Source: a virus
DNA: 64,000 bases
Virus record (IMG/VR): IMGVR_UViG_3300028392_000054
Coordinates: 1 to 64,000 of that record
Strand: one strand, 5' to 3'
The translations under genes were made by a program, and so were the position numbers. Position 1 is the first letter of the stretch; each line of letters opens with the position of its first letter. Below, one piece after another: positions 1 to 8,087 of the stretch. Under the pieces are notes generated by a model that was not told the DNA's origin, searched no databases, and was given only the letters and a program-made list of their open reading frames with translations.

Positions 1-861
1 AACAACTGGAACGTCAGATTAGAGGATTTGACTATGCCAGAGGGTTACCGCAACACCTCAGAGAACCAACTCGTAGTTCGTGACAACCCTTTTGATTCTG
101 GGGTAGATGTTCTCTCGGTTGTGGGTTCTCGTTACAAGGTAGTTCAGAACGAGGAACTATTCGCTTTTGGTGACGGTATCCTTGACGGTGGCGCAACTTG
201 GGAATCAGCCGGCTCTATCAAGGGCGGTAAGGTTGTCTTTGGTTCGCTAGTTGTTCCTCGTGAGTTCATCATTGACCCAGAGGGCGCAAACGACAAGACC
301 GTAACTTACTTGCTCGTTCACACCTCGCATGACGGTTCAACAGCAGTTCAGGCTAACATTACACCTGTAAGAGTTGTTTGCCAGAACACGCTAAACATGG
401 CAATCAAGGATTCTAAGCAGAGTTTCAAGATTCGCCACACCGCAACCGTCGGTGGCAGAATTGACGAGGCTCGTCGTGTTCTTGGTCTTACTTTTGACCA
501 CATGGACAACTTTGAAATCATGGCAAAAGCGCTTTACGAAACTGCCATGACAGACCAACAGTTCAACGACATCATCAAAGCCACTTATGCAGAGCCAGAA
601 AATGGCTCGGCTAAGGTTGCGCAAACTCGTTGGAACGATAAGGTTGACCTGCTAAACAATCTGTGGGAAAACTCACCTACCAACGCTACAATCAAGAACA
701 CCGCTTGGGGCGCTCTAAACACCATGACCGAACGCATTGACTACTTTAGAACAGGTAGAAAAGGTGGCGAGGCTATGATTGGAGCCGCCTCTGGATTTGA
801 CCCAGTTGTCAATGCCGAAAAGGCTCGCATACTAGGCGCAATCATGGAGTTCGCCAAGTAA
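1..861 (+). CDS. DUF932 family phage/plasmid-like protein (5' truncated by window)
   Basis: VGSRYKVVQNEELF, WESAGSIKGGKVVF, SHDGS, TPVRVVCQNTL and RHT motifs typical of DUF932; frame open from base 1. Confidence 0.85.
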   Translation, partial: NNWNVRLEDLTMPEGYRNTSENQLVVRDNPFDSGVDVLSVVGSRYKVVQNEELFAFGDGILDGGATWESAGSIKGGKVVFGSLVVPREFIIDPEGANDKTVTYLLVHTSHDGSTAVQANITPVRVVCQNTLNMAIKDSKQSFKIRHTATVGGRIDEARRVLGLTFDHMDNFEIMAKALYETAMTDQQFNDIIKATYAEPENGSAKVAQTRWNDKVDLLNNLWENSPTNATIKNTAWGALNTMTERIDYFRTGRKGGEAMIGAASGFDPVVNAEKARILGAIMEFAK

Positions 862-874
862 CACCAAATAAGTT

Positions 875-910
875 AGATAAGCCCTCTGCCAATCGGCAGG
901 GGGCTTATCT
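875..910 (+). terminator. GC-rich hairpin after DUF932, first element of repeated module copy 1
   Basis: AGATAAGCCCTCTGCC-aatc-GGCAGGGGGCTTATCT followed by GCTTT. Confidence 0.65.
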
Positions 911-913
911 GCT

Positions 914-990
914 TTGTTAGGTTGGTAACCTATTGCCTATGCCCGCTTGCGAAAAAGGCATATATAGGCAATAGGTTACCAACCCAACAA
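914..990. repeat. 27-bp-arm inverted repeat, copy 1
   Basis: TTGTTAGGTTGGTAACCTATTGCCTAT (914-940) / ATAGGCAATAGGTTACCAACCCAACAA (964-990), one mismatch. Confidence 0.95.
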
Positions 991-1026
991 GCCTATTACC
1001 ACAGTTTCTAATCCGACACGCCGTTC

Positions 1027-1115
1027 GTTACCTAATCGTTATGAGAGATTTATAACAGTATCGTTATGACTAAAATGCCTAAAATCCTATTTAGAGAGAG
1101 AGAAACCTATAAACT
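1027..1115 (+). promoter_or_regulatory. Putative early promoter 1: phased GTTAC/GTTAT boxes, (AG)5, -10 TAAACT
   Basis: GTTAC 1027, GTTAT 1038; ATAAC 1052, GTTAT 1063; (AG)5 1093-1102; TAAACT 1110-1115; -35 poor. Confidence 0.6.
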
Positions 1116-1123
1116 GTAACTAC

Positions 1124-1723
1124 ATGGAAATACACAACCAAACAGAAAGCGAGATTACCATGTTAGAGAACCAAGAGAACAACCAAGAACCAGAACTGAC
1201 CGTTGAGCAGAAGTTAGAGCAGATTGTATGTATGCCTCGTAACTTGCTTGAGGTATCAGATGTAACAGTAAAGCCAATCCTAGACATTTTAGGGCTGGAA
1301 GTAAGAGGTGTCGGTTTCTATTCAGAACCAACAGCCGAGCAGGTCACAATCCGTCAGGAACTCGTAAAACTAAACAAGTTAGTTGTAAATACTGAAACAA
1401 CAAGCGAACAGCGTTGGAACGATTTGAGGGATTTTCGTAGCAGGGTTGATAAGTTAGAGGAATACCTTGACGAGAACTGGGACAGCATTGACGAGGAAGT
1501 TCGTGACTTTTTGTGCGAAACTTTCAAAATTGACCAAGAAGTCACCAAAACCGTAAATGTCACAATCACAGGTTCATTAGACATAACAGCACCAAGAGGT
1601 TATGACTGGGACAACATTGAGGAGGACATTGAGATTGACGGTTCTGTTCGTATCACCAACTCTGACCTTGACGAAAGCGGTTACGGTTTCAGCGTTGACG
1701 ACACCGAAGTAGAAGTTGATTAG
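1124..1723 (+). CDS. Acidic hypothetical early protein (start may be ATG 1160)
   Basis: 199 aa ORF, very Asp/Glu-rich; SD-like GAAAG before 1160. Confidence 0.75.
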   Translation: MEIHNQTESEITMLENQENNQEPELTVEQKLEQIVCMPRNLLEVSDVTVKPILDILGLEVRGVGFYSEPTAEQVTIRQELVKLNKLVVNTETTSEQRWNDLRDFRSRVDKLEEYLDENWDSIDEEVRDFLCETFKIDQEVTKTVNVTITGSLDITAPRGYDWDNIEEDIEIDGSVRITNSDLDESGYGFSVDDTEVEVD

Positions 1724-1736
1724 AACTAAATAAACT

Positions 1737-1770
1737 TGTTAGGGGCTAGTTTCTAGGCTAGCCCCTAACA
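1737..1770. terminator. Hairpin after the acidic ORF
   Basis: TGTTAGGGGCTAG / CTAGCCCCTAACA 13-bp stem; ends resemble those of the large inverted repeat. Confidence 0.55.
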
Positions 1771-1795
1771 TACCAAGCCAGATTGGTTCTCTGGC

Positions 1796-1843
1796 GATAA
1801 GCCCACCAGTTATTTTCTTCCAAAGGTCGCTGGTGGGCTTATC
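1796..1843 (+). terminator. Hairpin, first element of module copy 2
   Basis: GATAAGCCCACCAG ... CTGGTGGGCTTATC followed by TATTTT. Confidence 0.6.
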
Positions 1844-1847
1844 TATT

Positions 1848-1922
1848 TTGTTAGGTTGGTTGCTTTGTTGCCTACCTGCGTTATTAGCAGATAGATAGGC
1901 AACAAAGCAACCAACCTAACAA
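1848..1922. repeat. 27-bp-arm inverted repeat, copy 2
   Basis: TTGTTAGGTTGGTTGCTTTGTTGCCTA (1848-1874) / TAGGCAACAAAGCAACCAACCTAACAA (1896-1922), perfect. Confidence 0.95.
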
Positions 1923-1931
1923 GTTTGTGCT

Positions 1932-2006
1932 GTTACATAATCGTGACCTAATCGTTACCTGTTCGTTACCATGTATCTTGCGTAAGAGAGAGAGTAGGTA
2001 TAAACT
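1932..2006 (+). promoter_or_regulatory. Putative early promoter 2: four phased GTNAC boxes, then TTGCGT-17-TAAACT
   Basis: GTTAC 1932, GTGAC 1943, GTTAC 1954, GTTAC 1965; -35 at 1978-1983; (AG)5 1985-1994; -10 at 2001-2006. Confidence 0.75.
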
Positions 2007-2035
2007 GAATACACAATCACAGAAAGGATTGAGAG

Positions 2036-2305
2036 ATGAAAGTCAAAGACCTAATCGCCGAATTACTAAAGCGTAATTCGTTAGAAGATGAAGTAGTAGT
2101 AGCCTATTACGATAGTGGTTATTGTATAGACGAAATACAGATGACAGCCCCAGCCAGAGAGATTATGGAACAGGCTTGGAAAGAGATTGCTGATGAGGCA
2201 CAAGAGATAGTTGAGGGTCACCTTGAGTTCACACAGACAGGTTACGAGATTAGTGACATGTTTGAGGAAAAGATAACAGAACTATTACAGAAAGAGGAAA
2301 ACTAA
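2036..2305 (+). CDS. Acidic hypothetical protein
   Basis: SD GAAAGGA; MKVKDLIAEL N-terminus common in small phage proteins. Confidence 0.8.
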   Translation: MKVKDLIAELLKRNSLEDEVVVAYYDSGYCIDEIQMTAPAREIMEQAWKEIADEAQEIVEGHLEFTQTGYEISDMFEEKITELLQKEEN

Positions 2306-2430
2306 TGTACGAAAATGTATTAGGAGAACAATTTGAGTTCTATTGCGAGGTATGTGGTAACTATGCCCATGAGGTATGTGACTGCTGTACCGAGTGTTTA
2401 GAAGTTGCTGACCTATGTGAGTGTAACTAA
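2305..2430 (+). CDS. 41-aa Cys-rich micro-protein (not in ORF track)
   Basis: MYENVLGEQFEFYCEVCGNYAHEVCDCCTECLEVADLCECN; TAATG coupling at both ends; GAGG SD. Confidence 0.75.
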   Translation: MYENVLGEQFEFYCEVCGNYAHEVCDCCTECLEVADLCECN

Positions 2431-2615
2431 TGCCTAAATACAGCGTGCCGATTACCTTTTGGGGAACTATTGAGGCTGAGAGTGCCGAACAAGCATGGCA
2501 GATAGTATCTGACGGACTATCTATAAAATGTGGTGTATTTGAGAATACTATGGTAGCAATAGGTATGACCGATACTGAACACCTACACGACGAGGTAGAG
2601 GAACTAGATGAATAA
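2430..2615 (+). CDS. Small acidic hypothetical protein
   Basis: Coupled start; IEAESAEQAW motif typical of small phage proteins. Confidence 0.75.
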   Translation: MPKYSVPITFWGTIEAESAEQAWQIVSDGLSIKCGVFENTMVAIGMTDTEHLHDEVEELDE

Positions 2616-2696
2616 CTATCTAATAACCCTGCTAAGCCGAATTATTATCCAACTATCCGTATTACACGCCAAACTTATTATGAAAGGTAAAAAATA

Positions 2697-3050
2697 ATGG
2701 CTCTATTAGAAATGCCTGTCATTGACAGAGAAACAATGTCGTCTGACCAAATCCACGCTATCTACCAGCAATACTGGCATGATAGACAACTACAAAGCGG
2801 AAATAACCTATTGTTTATGAAAGACAGAATAAAGCAGTTAGGTTATACATCTATGGCTGACTTCCGTAGGCAGAACCCTCGCCTTGTAGTTACTGCTGGA
2901 ACTATAACTAACTACTTTAGAGGCTATAGCACAATGTCGCCCCACACCGTAGTAGAGTTATCCTATGCTTTACGCATGACCCCAAATACATTTCTGTCCA
3001 TAATGGGTTACTACGACCCTAAGAAACAGACGATAGTAGAGGTAATCTAA
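2697..3050 (+). CDS. XRE/Cro-type HTH protein
   Basis: LGYTSMADF...TITNYFRG...LSYALRMTPNTFL pattern; SD GAAAGG. Confidence 0.65.
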   Translation: MALLEMPVIDRETMSSDQIHAIYQQYWHDRQLQSGNNLLFMKDRIKQLGYTSMADFRRQNPRLVVTAGTITNYFRGYSTMSPHTVVELSYALRMTPNTFLSIMGYYDPKKQTIVEVI

Positions 3051-3208
3051 TGAGTTCTCATGGAACCGATTGCTTATGCGTATTCTGTGGGACATTGTGC
3101 GAAATCTGCCTTCAGCCGTATCCTAGTGCTTGTTCCTGTCCCAATGAGGAAGATTGTAAGGTATGTAATGACCCTGATAGCGTAGAGGACTGTATCTACC
3201 ACCCATAA
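3050..3208 (+). CDS. 52-aa micro-protein with 10 Cys (not in ORF track)
   Basis: MSSHGTDCLCVFCGTLCEICLQPYPSACSCPNEEDCKVCNDPDSVEDCIYHP; TAATG coupling; GAGG SD. Confidence 0.7.
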   Translation: MSSHGTDCLCVFCGTLCEICLQPYPSACSCPNEEDCKVCNDPDSVEDCIYHP

Positions 3209-3272
3209 ATGTCGTGTAACGCTCATTACACGCTGGAATAGGCTTTTTCCACCTTTCTGTGCCTATTCCACC

Positions 3273-3305
3273 AACCCCCAGCCACATCTCTCTTGGCTGG
3301 GGGTT
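3273..3305 (+). terminator. Hairpin, first element of module copy 3
   Basis: AACCCCCAGCCA / TGGCTGGGGGTT stem followed by TT. Confidence 0.65.
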
Positions 3306-3319
3306 TTGGCTTATCAAGA

Positions 3320-3401
3320 TTGTTAGGTTGGAAGCCTTTAGCCTTAGCCGAGCCGAAGGGTGAAACGGGCTAAATAAGGCTAAAGGCTTCCAACCTAACA
3401 A
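3320..3401. repeat. 27-bp-arm inverted repeat, copy 3
   Basis: TTGTTAGGTTGGAAGCCTTTAGCCTTA (3320-3346) / TAAGGCTAAAGGCTTCCAACCTAACAA (3375-3401), perfect. Confidence 0.95.
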
Positions 3402-3405
3402 GATT

Positions 3406-3526
3406 GTTATGAAATCGTTACCATTTCGTTACCAAAGCCTATTGACTAATAGAGAGAGAGGTGCTATGTATGCGATTATAACGATTTGGTAACAACCAGC
3501 ATAGAGAGAGAGAAATAGTGTAGGCT
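3406..3526 (+). promoter_or_regulatory. Putative tandem promoters with phased boxes and (AG)5 spacers
   Basis: GTTAT 3406, GTTAC 3417, GTTAC 3428; TTGACT 3442 -17- TATGTA 3465 with (AG)5 3451-3460; ATAAC 3478/GTAAC 3489, (AG)5 3503-3512, TAGGCT 3521. Confidence 0.55.
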
Positions 3527-3898
3527 ACGCCCACCGTTTCGGCTACTGCCTAATAAGCCTATCAAGCGTGCAGGGATACGCCCAGATTGTAGGTTGTTTT
3601 ACTGGTTTTGTGTATCTGATGTATGTGTGAGAGAGAGAGAGAGGGCAGAGGCACGCAGTTACGCTACATCTAACTTATTACTCTCTATGTATTGTTCTCT
3701 CTCTTAGAGGTAGAAACAAAGAAATAAGCAAAGCCCCGATTTTCTTGTCGGGGGGTGGGTTCGCAGGTGACCAAAATCAAATGTTACAATAAGGTAACAA
3801 ATACGGAAATGCTGTATCCGATTGTCACCACTAGGGCTTAGACTACTTATACGAGGTCAGAGAGGCTGACCTCACTAAATCAGAAAGTATCAAATCTT

Positions 3899-5284
3899 AT
3901 GAGTATCGCCCTTTTAGTATCAACTGAAATGAAAGACGGTAAAGAACAGACCCTACTTGTTCCTACCGATAATGAAGTCCTAATGTTCCACCGTCTATCT
4001 ACTGGTGGTCGTGGTCGTGGTCAGGCATGGAACAAGGTCACAGATGTAACAACCTTGCCACAGACCCCAGCAACTAATAAGCCTGTCGCAGTTGCTATCA
4101 ACAGCACAGATGTATTTAACGCCAAGTTCGGAAATGTAACAGCCCTATCTAGTCGCCTTACTACCCTTGACGGTGAGTATCACTATGACGAGAGCAAGCG
4201 TATCTCACATCAGGCTTGGGTTACTGATTTGACCGAAAGGCTTATTGCTGGCGAGAGCAACTTGGCTCTCTATGTTCAGGACAAGCGTAGGCAATCCCCA
4301 GTAGTTATCAAGCCTATTACAGCAACAGAACCAGAGCCAGAATTGGAAATGGCTTTCGTGGCTATCAACAGCACAATCAACGAGCCTTTTAGTAATGTCG
4401 TGGCTATGCCACGCCCACAAGTCCAGACCGAAATGGCAACCGTTCCAGATAAGTCATGGGCTAACCGTTACCTCAACCGTAAAAATGTTAATAAGTCTGG
4501 TAAGACCGATTACGAAATGCTAGACATCATCAAGGCTAACAATCAGAACCTACTAATCAGAGGTCACGCTGGGTCAGGTAAGACCATGTGTGTTATCGCT
4601 TGGGCAGGTTCTAGGGAATACCGTTACTACAACATCTCTAGCAACATTGGGCTAGAGCCGAGCCACCTATTCGGTATGTGGATTCCGACAGAACAGGCTG
4701 GCGTATTTAAGTGGCAAGACGGTCCTGTAACAGACTTGGTAAGACATGGTGGCGTGCTGTTGCTCAATGAAATTGACTTCATGCCAGAACGCATTACAAC
4801 AGTTTTATTTGGCTTGCTAGATGATAGACGAGAAATCCAGTTGCTAGAAAATGGTGGCGAGGTAATCAAGGCTCACCCTGACCTAGTTGTAATCGGTGAC
4901 CACAACCCGAACTATCGTGGCTCTCGCCCTATGAACCAAGCGTGGAAAGACCGTTTTGCTCACAAGTGGGATTTTGAGTATGACAAGGCTATTGAGAAAA
5001 AACTTATTGGTAACACAACCCTATTAGAAGTGGCTAATCAGTTGCGAGAACAGCATGAACGAGGCGAGATTGACACGCCTATCTCTACCAGAGGTCTTGA
5101 GGCTTTCGTCAAGAACACTCACAATGTCAATCTTGATTACGCTGTTATTACTTATCTAAATAGTTTTGCTGATGATGAACGAGAGGCTGTCAAATTGGTA
5201 TTTGATACTGCTAAGGCTGGTATCGCTACTGGGTTTGGTATCGCTGTTGATGTAGAACTACAACTAGACGAGGTGGCTAACTAA
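3899..5284 (+). CDS. MoxR/CobS-like AAA+ ATPase with N-terminal extension
   Basis: Walker A GHAGSGKT, W.DGP, Walker B LLLNEID, AHPDL, NP.YRG.RPMNQAWKDRF, ISTRGL. Confidence 0.9.
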   Translation: MSIALLVSTEMKDGKEQTLLVPTDNEVLMFHRLSTGGRGRGQAWNKVTDVTTLPQTPATNKPVAVAINSTDVFNAKFGNVTALSSRLTTLDGEYHYDESKRISHQAWVTDLTERLIAGESNLALYVQDKRRQSPVVIKPITATEPEPELEMAFVAINSTINEPFSNVVAMPRPQVQTEMATVPDKSWANRYLNRKNVNKSGKTDYEMLDIIKANNQNLLIRGHAGSGKTMCVIAWAGSREYRYYNISSNIGLEPSHLFGMWIPTEQAGVFKWQDGPVTDLVRHGGVLLLNEIDFMPERITTVLFGLLDDRREIQLLENGGEVIKAHPDLVVIGDHNPNYRGSRPMNQAWKDRFAHKWDFEYDKAIEKKLIGNTTLLEVANQLREQHERGEIDTPISTRGLEAFVKNTHNVNLDYAVITYLNSFADDEREAVKLVFDTAKAGIATGFGIAVDVELQLDEVAN

Positions 5285-7377
5285 TGGCTAAGCCTAAAGT
5301 AAGTAGAGTTAGCGTTGATTCCACCCCTATCGGTAAGACATGGTGGGAGTGGCTTGCCGAGCAAGGCGAATCAGATTCCAGCATTTACAATAGCAAGGTA
5401 GATGTAGCCAAAGAAGTAAAAGCAACTGGTAAGACAGAGGCAGAAGTTATCATGCGTAGAAATACCTTGAGGGCAGAATTAGAAAACGAGTATGACTTTT
5501 ACATTGACAACGAAAGGTCTAAGATTGGTAGCGTGTTCCAAATGCGTAACAACACACTTGATAGCGTTGTTTCAGTTTATCAGCGTGCCGACAGGATTCT
5601 TACTGGTCTTAATGTTCTGGTATCCATAAGTGAAAATGAGGTAGCCCCTGCTTACAATGACGGTAAAGACATTGTATTTAGTGGAAAACTAATTAAAGAC
5701 CTTGACGAAAATACAGTATTGTCTTTACAAGGTCTTAATTACCATGAACTTGGTCACCTGCTATTCACGCCAAGAATCGGCACAGCGTTAGGCAAGTGGG
5801 TCATTGAGAAAGGTCTAAAGACTAAACAGACTAGTTATGACTACATGGATAGTGACGGTAAGGTTCAGACACACACTCGGTCATACTCAACAGAGGAACT
5901 GGTAGAACCTGCTCGCAACATGGCGTTTAACATCTTAGAGGATTGCCGAGCCGAGTATTACCTAACGCTTAAGTATCCTAGTATCAGACCTTTCATGGTA
6001 ACCCTATTAGGTGATTACATACTTGATAATAAGTTAGATAAGTTAGGCGAACAGTTTATCCTGCTCGCTGGTCGCAAGTATTTCTCGCTTGAGTTACGCA
6101 AGATGTCTGCCCAGATGTTCATAGCCGAGCATGGCTTAGACAAGGCTAAGGCTCTCTACGACATTTTGACCGAGTATCGCACTCTCGTATTCCCTCGCCA
6201 GTATGACAGGGCTAAAGAACTGATTACAGAGTTCATAGCCCTACTACCTAAAGACGACAATGGCAATCCAAAGCCAGTAGGTCAGAACCCTAATGGCTGT
6301 ATCCATAGAGAACCTATGCGAAATGGCAGACCTACTACCGAGAAAGAACAAGAGGCTCTCGCTGGCAACGCTGGCACAGGTAAAGACCCTCTCGGTGATG
6401 AACTCGGCAAAGGGCTTACTGCTGGCAAAGGTAAGTTTGAGGAAACTGGTGAGATTAATTCCGAAACTGCTGGTTTTAATACCAAAGACGAGGAAGTAAT
6501 TAGGGAATTACAAGAGGTCGTTCAGCGTGCTAAGGCTGATAAGTCTTTACAGAAAAAGGTTAGTGACACGCTTAAGGCTATTCAGAAAGACCGTAGTAGC
6601 AAATCTATCCTAGAGAAAACTAGGGCTGGCAATTACACGCCAGAGATGTCAGAGGTTACTGCTAGTCGCTTGTTCGCACAAGAACTAGAACTGCTAAGAA
6701 TAGAAAGTGACCCTGCTTGGAACAGAGAAAAGCCAAGTGGCAAGTTAAATGTCAAGCGTGCCATGAACGCAGACATTAACAGGATAGATACGCTATTTGA
6801 CCGTTGGCAAGAGGGTAATGATGATTACGACATTGAGGCTAGTATCCTGATTGACAGGTCTGGCTCTATGTATTCCGAGATTGGTTCTGCTTGTCGGTCT
6901 GCTTGGGTAATCAAGCGTGCCATAGAACGAATCAACGGTAAAGTATCTGTATCTGTATTCAGCGATTACGGTAGGGAACTGTTTGACAGAGATACCCTTG
7001 CGAGTGCCACAGATGTTCGTATCGTAGAGGCTGGTGGCGGAACTGACCCTAGCCAATCCCTAGCCGAAACAGCAAGAATAATGGATAATACAACTGCTAA
7101 AACTAAATTAGTATTTATTCTTACTGACGGTGAGTGGTATAAACCTGCTGTTGCTGATAGCAAGATTGAGCAACTAATTAAACAAGGCTGTTATGTAAGC
7201 GTAGTCTGGCTTGGTAGCCATGAATACGCCAAGACTATTATGGCTAACCCTAAGCAAGTTATCCAATACACACATGGGGCTAACTCGTTCAGGACTATCC
7301 AGCAACCTAGCGAACTAGTTAAGGTCGCTAAAGATGTGGTTAAAGCACAGATGAACCGTAGCAAAGTCAGGGGTTAG
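5284..7377 (+). CDS. CobT-like VWA domain protein with N-terminal HExxH metallopeptidase-like domain
   Basis: YHELGH and FNILEDCRAE; MIDAS DRSGSM, GGT, LTDGE; coupled to the AAA gene. Confidence 0.88.
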   Translation: MAKPKVSRVSVDSTPIGKTWWEWLAEQGESDSSIYNSKVDVAKEVKATGKTEAEVIMRRNTLRAELENEYDFYIDNERSKIGSVFQMRNNTLDSVVSVYQRADRILTGLNVLVSISENEVAPAYNDGKDIVFSGKLIKDLDENTVLSLQGLNYHELGHLLFTPRIGTALGKWVIEKGLKTKQTSYDYMDSDGKVQTHTRSYSTEELVEPARNMAFNILEDCRAEYYLTLKYPSIRPFMVTLLGDYILDNKLDKLGEQFILLAGRKYFSLELRKMSAQMFIAEHGLDKAKALYDILTEYRTLVFPRQYDRAKELITEFIALLPKDDNGNPKPVGQNPNGCIHREPMRNGRPTTEKEQEALAGNAGTGKDPLGDELGKGLTAGKGKFEETGEINSETAGFNTKDEEVIRELQEVVQRAKADKSLQKKVSDTLKAIQKDRSSKSILEKTRAGNYTPEMSEVTASRLFAQELELLRIESDPAWNREKPSGKLNVKRAMNADINRIDTLFDRWQEGNDDYDIEASILIDRSGSMYSEIGSACRSAWVIKRAIERINGKVSVSVFSDYGRELFDRDTLASATDVRIVEAGGGTDPSQSLAETARIMDNTTAKTKLVFILTDGEWYKPAVADSKIEQLIKQGCYVSVVWLGSHEYAKTIMANPKQVIQYTHGANSFRTIQQPSELVKVAKDVVKAQMNRSKVRG

Positions 7378-7382
7378 GCACT

Positions 7383-7532
7383 ATGATAGAACCTATCCTC
7401 TATGGAGTTGTGTTACCGTTTGGATTGTTCGGGCTGGAAACAATAGTCTTAGCAATCTGGTTACACAGGACAACAGCACCAAAACCAAAACAAAATAAAC
7501 TAATTAAGAAAGGCAAGACAAATGGGCGATAG
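7383..7532 (+). CDS. Small single-TM protein (not in ORF track)
   Basis: MIEPILYGVVLPFGLFGLETIVLAIWLH followed by a basic tail. Confidence 0.5.
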   Translation: MIEPILYGVVLPFGLFGLETIVLAIWLHRTTAPKPKQNKLIKKGKTNGR

Positions 7533-7896
7533 AAGTTCTATCTACATTATCAGCAAGGGCTTACCAAAGCCGATACAGATTTACGGTCACTATGGGTATG
7601 ATGATAACGCCAGAGCCACAGCCATAGTTCTCAGCAACACCAAGAGGCTCGGTGACGCTTGGTATCTAACAGCACAATTGTTCTACCAGTTTGCAATCGT
7701 TCAGGGTGGCTATGTGGGTGTGGATAGTTTCGGTATCGGTTCTGTTGATACCCTTAGCAATTCTGACGAGAATCCACCTATCTATCTAAACGCCGATAAT
7801 GGTGAGGTTGAGTATGGTGGCATGGATTACACAAAGACAGAGTTCGTAGAGGAGTTTGGCAAGTTGGCTGGACTAGATTGGATAAGTAACACATGA
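7522..7896 (+). CDS. Hypothetical early protein
   Basis: SD GAAAGG; MGDRS..IYGHYG type of phage hypothetical. Confidence 0.8.
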   Translation: MGDRSSIYIISKGLPKPIQIYGHYGYDDNARATAIVLSNTKRLGDAWYLTAQLFYQFAIVQGGYVGVDSFGIGSVDTLSNSDENPPIYLNADNGEVEYGGMDYTKTEFVEEFGKLAGLDWISNT

Positions 7897-8087
7897 TTAC
7901 AATGAATAAAACAGCGTGGGTCGCTAGTGACGGTTCTTATGGGGCTGGCACAATAATCTTGTTTGACCCTAATGAACTCACAGATTTAGAGTGGGAGATT
8001 GTCGCAGAGGAAACGAGTGACATGGACAGGCTAGATGTAATAAAGCAAATACTAAATAATAAGAAAATAGGAGAAACAAATGATTAA
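7893..8087 (+). CDS. Hypothetical protein
   Basis: ATGA overlap, 64 aa. Confidence 0.7.
   Translation: MITMNKTAWVASDGSYGAGTIILFDPNELTDLEWEIVAEETSDMDRLDVIKQILNNKKIGETND

Noticed and set aside
914-990. MITE or IS ends
   Set aside because: No consistent target-site duplication, no transposase seen, and the fixed position within a larger module argues against random insertion; not fully excluded.
914-3401. Inverted repeats as integron attC sites (GTTAGGT fits GTTRRRY; ACCTAAC fits RYYYAAC)
   Set aside because: The order is inside-out relative to attC, which runs RYYYAAC...GTTRRRY. The arms lack attC-type extrahelical bases, and no integron integrase is in the window.
3123-3401. 92-aa minus-strand ORF
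   Set aside because: Runs through the inverted repeat and terminator, antisense to a coupled + strand micro-ORF; no SD.
875-3432. CRISPR array or mini-array
   Set aside because: Copies are about 0.9-1.5 kb apart and separated by genes, with no repeat-spacer periodicity. The Cas4-like gene lies in a recombination operon with no other cas genes.
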